A stretch of 64,000 nt of DNA from Eubacteriales bacterium (GTDB lineage Bacteria > Bacillota > Clostridia > Christensenellales > UBA1750). This document shows positions 55,910 through 64,000 of the stretch, piece by piece; the stretch's first letter is position 1, and the number at the start of each line of letters is the position of its first letter. The position numbers and the translations under genes are program-made. The notes under the pieces were generated by a model. That model was not told the DNA's origin, ran no database searches, and worked only from the letters and a program-made list of their open reading frames with translations. The stretch covers positions 36,030 through 100,029 of the forward strand of contig JAVBRD010000006.1 of the NCBI GenBank assembly GCA_031548365.1, written 5' to 3'.

Positions 55910-56003
55910 AAGGGTTATGTAGCGGCTGGAACGCGCGTTACGCATAAGGCTCGCTATCCGATTGTGCTTCCGCACTCGCCCTGCTTAAGAGGGATGAAAA
56001 GGA

Positions 56004-57020
56004 ATGGCTAAGATTTTTCGCGTTGCGGTCATCGGTTGCGGCGGTATTAGCAATGTGCATTTCCATGTGCTGTCCTCAATGGAGGATGTGAAAATCGTTG
56101 CGTGCTGCGACATCGCCATAGAAAAAGCGAAAGCGGCTGCGAAGAAGTACGGGTGCGAAGCGGTTGTCGATTGGAAGAACCTCCTGGGCCGAGACGACAT
56201 TGACGTGGTTCACCTGTGCACGCCGCACTATCTGCACGCGCCCATGGCCCTTGCGTTCCTGGCGGAAGGCAAGCATGTGCTGACTGAAAAGCCCATGGCA
56301 AGCGAGCTTGCGGACATGGACGCTATGATCGCCGCTGATCAGGGTCGTCTGGGTGTTGTATTCCAGAACCGCTACAACACGTCCTCCCAGGCGGCAAAGC
56401 GGTATGTGGAAAACAAGGAATTCGGCGAACTGCTGGGCATCCGAGGACAGGTGTGCTGGCACCGTACAGTACCGTACTATGTCGACAGCGGCTGGCGCGG
56501 CAAGTGGAGCACAGAGGGCGGCGGCGTGCTGATCAACCAGGCGATCCACACGTTGGATCTGGTTCGCTGGCTTGGCGGGGAAGTGGTCAAGCTCGCGGGC
56601 CGCGTGTCCACGGACTACCTGACGGGTGTGATCGAGGTCGAGGACACCGCGCACGCGACGCTCTTCTTTAAGTCGGGTATACGCGGCGTGTTCTACGCCA
56701 CAAACGCGTATGTATCCGATTCGCCGATTGAGGTCGAGCTGATGTTTGAGCACGCGTCGCTCAGAATCAAGGGTGACTCGCTCACCATGGAGAAGGACGG
56801 CATGGTCCGCCAGCTCACGCTCCCGCTTATCGCGGAAACCGGGGGCAAGGGTTACTGGGGGACAGGCCACGCAGCACTCATTCGCGACTACTATGACCAT
56901 ATCATCGCGGGCAAGCCGTTTTGGATCAACGGCGCGGAGGGCGCGCACGCGCTGCGTCTGCTCAAGACGATCTACGCTTCGTCACAAGCAGGCGGCCCGG
57001 TTGAGGTACGTGATCAGTAA
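56004..57020 (+). CDS. Gfo/Idh/MocA family oxidoreductase
   Basis: VAVIGCGGISNVH, LTEKP, typical C-domain. Confidence 0.88.
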   Translation: MAKIFRVAVIGCGGISNVHFHVLSSMEDVKIVACCDIAIEKAKAAAKKYGCEAVVDWKNLLGRDDIDVVHLCTPHYLHAPMALAFLAEGKHVLTEKPMASELADMDAMIAADQGRLGVVFQNRYNTSSQAAKRYVENKEFGELLGIRGQVCWHRTVPYYVDSGWRGKWSTEGGGVLINQAIHTLDLVRWLGGEVVKLAGRVSTDYLTGVIEVEDTAHATLFFKSGIRGVFYATNAYVSDSPIEVELMFEHASLRIKGDSLTMEKDGMVRQLTLPLIAETGGKGYWGTGHAALIRDYYDHIIAGKPFWINGAEGAHALRLLKTIYASSQAGGPVEVRDQ

Positions 57021-57032
57021 AGAGAGGCACAG

Positions 57033-58214
57033 ATGCTGAATTTTGATTTTTGCAGTCCCACGCGCTTCATCTTTGGGCGCGGTGTGGAGGACAATGTAGG
57101 CAAGCTGTTCAGGGACATGGGCGTCAAGTGTGTGATGATGCAGTACGGTGGCGGCTCGATCAAGAAGAGCGGTCTATACGATCGTGTCGTTGCTTCACTC
57201 AATGCCGCCGGTGTCAAGTTCATCGAAAAGGGCGGCGTCAAGCCCAATCCCAGGCTTTCGTTCGTCTATGAAGCGGTTGAGGAAGGCATCAAAGCGGGCG
57301 TTGACGCCATGCTCGCAGTGGGCGGCGGGAGCGCGATCGACTCGGCAAAGATAACCGCGCACGGCATCGCCAATCCGGGCGTGGACGTTTGGGATTATTT
57401 CATGCGCAAGCTTGACCCGCCCACGAAAACACTGCCGTTGGGCGTTATTCTGACGATCCCCGCAGCGGGCAGCGAAGGCTCGGACAGCGCGGTGATCACC
57501 AACGAGGCCGAAGGCCTTAAGCGCGGACTGTCCTGTCAGGCCAACCGCCCCGCGTTTTCACTGCTCAACCCGGAGCTTTGCTTCACTCTCCCGAAAGACC
57601 AGATTGCGTACGGCGCGGTGGACATGCTGGGGCACATCATCGAGCGGTACATCAGCAACACGCCCGACGTCGCGCTCGGCGACCGTTTGGCGGAAGCCGT
57701 CATGAAAACCATCGTGGAGAGCGCTCCCAAGCTGATGGACAACCCAAAGGACTACGAAGCGTGGGCAAATCTTTTATGGGCTTCCACGCTCGCGCACAAC
57801 AATTCGCTGGGTCTCGGCCGTCAGCAGTGCTGGGCGAGCCACCAGATCGAGCACGAGTTGTCCGCGGTCTATGATGTGGCGCACGGAGCGGGGCTTTCGG
57901 TCGTTTATCCTTCGTGGATGCGGTATGTTTACAAGGCCAACGTCGCGCGGTTTACCCGTTTTGCGGTCGAAGTGTTTGGCGTTGACATGGATTACTTCAG
58001 CCCCGAAAAGACCGCCCTTGAGGGCATCTGCCGCATGGAGGCGTTCTTTAGGTCGCTGGGTGCACCGACGCGGCTGTCCGAGCTGGGTATCGACGAGAAG
58101 AACCTGCGAAAGATGGCCGACAATGTCAAAAAGACGAATGGCGACGGCACGGTAGGCGGTTTTGTCAAACTGACCGCCGCTGATTGTCTCAGCATCTACC
58201 GAAACGCGCTGTAG
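57033..58214 (+). CDS. iron-containing alcohol dehydrogenase (YqhD/butanol dehydrogenase-like)
   Basis: ..AVGGGSAIDSAK.., ..HxxxH region (SHQIEHELSAVYDVAHGAG). Confidence 0.9.
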   Translation: MLNFDFCSPTRFIFGRGVEDNVGKLFRDMGVKCVMMQYGGGSIKKSGLYDRVVASLNAAGVKFIEKGGVKPNPRLSFVYEAVEEGIKAGVDAMLAVGGGSAIDSAKITAHGIANPGVDVWDYFMRKLDPPTKTLPLGVILTIPAAGSEGSDSAVITNEAEGLKRGLSCQANRPAFSLLNPELCFTLPKDQIAYGAVDMLGHIIERYISNTPDVALGDRLAEAVMKTIVESAPKLMDNPKDYEAWANLLWASTLAHNNSLGLGRQQCWASHQIEHELSAVYDVAHGAGLSVVYPSWMRYVYKANVARFTRFAVEVFGVDMDYFSPEKTALEGICRMEAFFRSLGAPTRLSELGIDEKNLRKMADNVKKTNGDGTVGGFVKLTAADCLSIYRNAL

Positions 58215-58232
58215 ACGCGGGATAAGCATCAC

Positions 58233-58263
58233 AAAGAGAGGCTTTCGGGCCTTTCTTTTGTTT
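58233..58263 (+). terminator. rho-independent terminator after the Fe-ADH gene
   Basis: AAAGAGAGGC-TTTCGG-GCCTTTCTTT (one G-U pair), followed by T-rich sequence. Confidence 0.55.
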
Positions 58264-58341
58264 CCACCGCTGTGTCATACTGGCGCGCCGCGTGTAAAGA
58301 ATGTATAATGGAGCATCAGGACAAGCGAAACGAGGAACAGC

Positions 58342-60780
58342 ATGTCGATATTCGGTTGGCTCATCTTTATATGGGTGATCACGTCCATCGTCAACGGCGT
58401 GAAGAAAAAAAGCCTCAAGTTTGAGCGGGAACGGTTGGGAAAACGCGGATATGGCGTTCCGTCGGGTGAGCTTGCTGAGGCGCGGCAAAACCTCTATGTG
58501 CTGGAACAAGCGAGAGGATCGCTTGAGAATGATGAGCTCAAAGGGCCAGTTGACGACATCATCCGCATGACACAGCGTGTGCTGTACACAGCGGAAAAAG
58601 AACCCGTGCACCGTGGCAAAACAAGCGAGTTTCTAGGACGTCTCCTGCCAAGCCTCACAGATTTAATCGCGCGTGTTGAAAATCAGGGCCTGGATGCGGC
58701 GGGAGAGGGCGCTAAACAGCTCAAAGCGCTCTCCGCATCGCTGGGAAAGCAGGTCAGGAGTTTTTATTCGGGCAAAATCATGAATCTCGCGGAGCCGACT
58801 CAAATGGTCGCGAAGATCGGAGCGCTCCTCCCCGGCGTTCACTCGGGCACGGGTGTGAATTTGGCGCGCGCACACGCACAGATAGATCGTCTGGACGCGT
58901 TTGCCAAAGACACGAAAATGGGGCCTGTTGCGCAGCCGTTTTCGGACATGGTTGCCCTGAGCCGTTACATTGCGGACACCTCCGGGCAATACCCGCAAGT
59001 AATGGCAAAGTGCTGGGCGTTTTTTTCGGCGTACCTCCCCAACTTGGTATCGCTTGTGGAGGGCATCGCGTTGGCGTCTGACGGCGCGGTCGTGGATTTG
59101 ACGGAGGCATTCGCGCTTCTTGACAAACGACTACGCGAGAAAATTGAGGCCATGCGCACCGGTACACCGCTGGAATTCAGCGCGGATTTGACCATCATGG
59201 AGACCATGCGGCAAAAGATTGACATTCAAGAACCGGCTTCCGCCCGCGCGCGCGCTGAAGCGCCGCAGACCAGCCGAATTGAACGCGCGCGACAGCTCTG
59301 CGTTCAGCTTGCCGCGGTTCAGGAAAAGATCGTCAAGCCTTCGATGCGGGCGCATGTGATGGAGCTTGCGCATTTGAGCGCGCGTGTGTTGGAGTGTGCC
59401 GAACGGGACCCCAAGAGCATGAGCGGCACGCAGGCTTTTTTCTCGGATTACCTGCCTGCGCTGCTCGCGCTGCTTGAGCGCTACGGCGTCATCGAGCAAA
59501 ACAAAATCGATAACGGCGATTTCATTGCGATGGTTGAAAAACTCATGCAGCGCTTGAGCCGCCGCTTTTCGTCATACTTGCAGGCGATATACTCCGATCA
59601 GCCCATTGAAGTGGCCGAAGACGTCCGACTCCTGCGCGCCGCGCTCAGCGGTGAGAGCGCTGATGACGCGCCCAGCGTACTGCGCAGGACATCGGGAGTC
59701 GCGGTTGAGCGCGCGCGCAAAGACTTGGCCGAGATGGCCGCCAGTGTCGCGAAGATCACCAAGCGCCGTATGAAAGAAGGCCTGAACGACCTGATCGCGC
59801 TTTGCGAAAAAACGGTCGCGCTCATCGAGCGCTCGCCGGGCATGCAGGAAAAGGCCTCAGAGTTCTTCTCGGAGTATATTCCCAAGCTGCTTTCCCTGGT
59901 GACGCGCTACGAGCTGTTTCAGGATAGGCGGATGGGTCAGCCCATGGGGCAGTTTGCCGCAGACGCCGAGGAAGCGCTGTTTGCGCTCCAACGCTCGTTT
60001 GCCACGCGCATGCGCACCGAAAGCGGACTGCCCGACTTCGCGGGCGATGTGGCGCTGCTCAACGATGTGCTCGACGGCGTAATGACGCTCGAGGATTCAT
60101 CGTGGGTGAGTCAGTTTGTCAAGCGCCGACGCGCGATTTTCCGCAACACATGGGCGCTGGGCGCGGCGGCTCTCACGGGTGCCGCGGTGTTTGCCGGGGT
60201 GTTTATGTGGTCGGCGCTGCCTGTGCTGCTCGACGTGGCGGCTGGCTTTATCGGCGCGAGCTGTGGCTTTATGCTCACGCGCCTTGTGACAGGCGCGCGC
60301 GCACAGCGAGAGCTCGTGTCCGCCGATCCCGACGGGCGGTCCGAGGAAATCGCGCGCGCGTCCAATACGCTCAGCCGCCTTTCAAGCTTCACGAGTTTGA
60401 TCGACAACAAGGACATTACCGAGCCGCTTAAAAACATCGTGTCGACGCTCCACAGCATCCTGGAAACAATCGAAAAAAACCCGTCGAAGTACGAGTCGGC
60501 GCGCGGCTTCTTAGAGCGCTATCTGCCAACCCTCATCGGCATTCTAGACCGGTACAACGTGATGGAAGACAAAGGCTTGGCGCACCACGGCAGCGAGTTC
60601 CGCGCGCAGGTCGAAGGATTCATGCCCGAGTTTGAGCGTGCATTCGCCAAACAGCTTCAGGCGCTGTATAAAGACGACGTACTCGACGCGTCCCTGGACA
60701 TCGACGTGCTCCAATCCACTCTGCGCGCTGAGGGTTTGCTCGACGCGTTTGGTCCGCAGATGGGCAGACAAAGCGATTAG
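58342..60780 (+). CDS. membrane protein with five tandem XpaC-like (5-bromo-4-chloroindolyl phosphate hydrolysis family) helical modules
   Basis: 812 aa. TM at aa 4-20 and a TM hairpin at aa ~603-648. The motif E(K/R)xP..(F/W)(F/L)..Y(L/I)P.L..L..RY recurs five times. The extended -10 TGTATAAT is at 58302-58309. Confidence 0.6.
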   Translation: MSIFGWLIFIWVITSIVNGVKKKSLKFERERLGKRGYGVPSGELAEARQNLYVLEQARGSLENDELKGPVDDIIRMTQRVLYTAEKEPVHRGKTSEFLGRLLPSLTDLIARVENQGLDAAGEGAKQLKALSASLGKQVRSFYSGKIMNLAEPTQMVAKIGALLPGVHSGTGVNLARAHAQIDRLDAFAKDTKMGPVAQPFSDMVALSRYIADTSGQYPQVMAKCWAFFSAYLPNLVSLVEGIALASDGAVVDLTEAFALLDKRLREKIEAMRTGTPLEFSADLTIMETMRQKIDIQEPASARARAEAPQTSRIERARQLCVQLAAVQEKIVKPSMRAHVMELAHLSARVLECAERDPKSMSGTQAFFSDYLPALLALLERYGVIEQNKIDNGDFIAMVEKLMQRLSRRFSSYLQAIYSDQPIEVAEDVRLLRAALSGESADDAPSVLRRTSGVAVERARKDLAEMAASVAKITKRRMKEGLNDLIALCEKTVALIERSPGMQEKASEFFSEYIPKLLSLVTRYELFQDRRMGQPMGQFAADAEEALFALQRSFATRMRTESGLPDFAGDVALLNDVLDGVMTLEDSSWVSQFVKRRRAIFRNTWALGAAALTGAAVFAGVFMWSALPVLLDVAAGFIGASCGFMLTRLVTGARAQRELVSADPDGRSEEIARASNTLSRLSSFTSLIDNKDITEPLKNIVSTLHSILETIEKNPSKYESARGFLERYLPTLIGILDRYNVMEDKGLAHHGSEFRAQVEGFMPEFERAFAKQLQALYKDDVLDASLDIDVLQSTLRAEGLLDAFGPQMGRQSD

Positions 60781-60831
60781 CCGGCAACGGGGACATTGCT
60801 CCGGCTCATCCAATGTTAGAGGAGACAAACA

Positions 60832-63063
<2,232 letters not shown>

Positions 63064-63140
63064 CATCACAAACATTTCACAGGCGCGTTACTATGCGCGC
63101 GCGCCGTGTTCGTGTTAAAATATCCTTTGAGGTGAGATCC

Positions 63141-64000
63141 TTGCTAAGGAAAACTATCGCGGGCGCGATTGCCGCCATGTGCATCGCGTCGCTATCGGTC
63201 GCTCCGGCTTTTGCGTACGGTGAGACGATCGTCAATTATCATGATTTGCCCCGTCTAGTGGGATCGCAGAACCCCACTGTGCGCATCGCGGGTAACGGCC
63301 AAACGCTTGCCAGCGAGGGTGCTGACGCGATCGAGTCGCAACTCGGCCTATTGAAGAAGCAAATTGAGCAGCTCGAGCAGGCGTATGCCGCCGCTCAGCT
63401 GGACCCTACGCAAGCGCTGACCGCGGTTGCGCTCGCAACATCGGTTGCGCAGGCCAAGGCCCAGCTTTCGCAGCTTGAGAGCCAGGCATCCAGCCTGCGC
63501 GACACCTCGGTCAAGACAGGCTTGCAGGCCAATCAGGCGTTCACCGGTTCTGTTTCCGGCGCGCAGCAGCTGTACACCGGGTATTTCGCCCTTGCCGAGC
63601 AGGCCAAGATCGCCGCGTCCAAGCTTGAAGGGCTGCGCAGGAAGATCAAAGTCGCCGAGGTCAAGCAAAGCCTCAACCTGTTGTCCAAGAGCGAGCTGGA
63701 CGGCATCCAAAGCCAGTTGGGGCCTGCCGAGGACGCGGTCGCGCAGGCTGAAAGCCAGATGAAGTCCATGCTCTCTCAGCTCAAACAGCTCATCGGAGCG
63801 CATCCAGACGCGCCCATCGCGCTTTCCGGTCTGCCCGCGTTCAATCCCTCGGACATCGCGCTCATGAACAACGGTTACGACCGCATGATGGTCACGAGCG
63901 TCAGCTCTGCTGTGCGAATTAAGCAAGAAGAGCGCAATCAGGCCGGGAGCGGGCTTGCGGCGACCAACGCCCAGATCGCGCTTGATCAGGCGCGCGCCAA
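63141..64000 (+). CDS. secreted coiled-coil protein, TolC/outer-membrane-efflux-like, 3' end outside window
   Basis: Absent from the ORF track because there is no stop before the window end. TTG at 63141 lies 5 nt after GAGGTGAG. Signal peptide LLRKTIAGAIAAMCIASLSVAPAFA, then an Ala/Gln/Leu-rich heptad-like sequence, open through 64000. Confidence 0.55.
   Translation, partial: MLRKTIAGAIAAMCIASLSVAPAFAYGETIVNYHDLPRLVGSQNPTVRIAGNGQTLASEGADAIESQLGLLKKQIEQLEQAYAAAQLDPTQALTAVALATSVAQAKAQLSQLESQASSLRDTSVKTGLQANQAFTGSVSGAQQLYTGYFALAEQAKIAASKLEGLRRKIKVAEVKQSLNLLSKSELDGIQSQLGPAEDAVAQAESQMKSMLSQLKQLIGAHPDAPIALSGLPAFNPSDIALMNNGYDRMMVTSVSSAVRIKQEERNQAGSGLAATNAQIALDQARA

Noticed and set aside
63348-63926. 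192-aa minus-strand ORF and 111-aa plus-strand ORF (63427-63762) from the track
   Set aside because: Both are Arg/Leu/Gly-rich. The third frame, starting at 63141, has an RBS, a signal peptide and a balanced coiled-coil composition, so it is the preferred gene.

Overview
GC-rich (about 60% by eye) chromosomal segment of an endospore-forming Firmicute. The Clostridia-like assignment rests on spoVS, spoVT, bofA, GerMN lipoproteins and the yaaL-bofA / darA-holB-yaaT gene order. About 60 tightly packed protein genes. I found no rRNA or tRNA genes, CRISPR array, transposase, integrase or phage genes, and no recognisable defence system. The ORF track uses ATG/GTG/TTG and the longest ORF, so I re-called several starts from RBS position and known N-termini. 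Many long GC-driven antisense ORFs were ignored. Core blocks: yceD-rpmF / plsX-acpP-rnc / spoVS / smc-ftsY / yebC; rplJ-rplL divergent from rpsB-tsf / pyrH; lexA / proA; (minus strand) a D-Ala-D-Ala carboxypeptidase gene, then spoVT, yaaL, bofA, darA, holB, yaaT; lhr; copA. Accessory content: a 5'-truncated FtsX-type ABC system with two different ATPases; glycerate kinase; GH2 plus a URO-D-like gene; GH51; a PocR-AraC regulator plus an orphan corrinoid protein; an OmpR/HK pair followed by two GerMN lipoproteins; AKR, MgtC, MarR, XRE; an ECF sigma plus a WG-repeat membrane protein; and a nitroreductase / tandem class II aldolase / Apt-like trio followed by a cluster of three Gfo/Idh/MocA genes, a TIM-barrel gene and an Fe-ADH gene. 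Candidates I consider most worth a second look: (1) an 812-aa membrane protein built from five tandem XpaC-like modules; (2) the oxidoreductase/TIM-barrel cluster, which resembles 3-keto-sugar (oxidise-eliminate-reduce) systems; (3) the tandem aldolase with a degenerate second active site next to a divergent Apt-like gene; (4) an ABC ATPase with a C-terminal AbrB/MazE-like domain; (5) the PocR-AraC + corrinoid pair sitting where frr normally follows pyrH; (6) RicT/YaaT with a roughly 270-aa Pro/Arg-rich tail. All family assignments come from motif recognition by eye. No searches were run.
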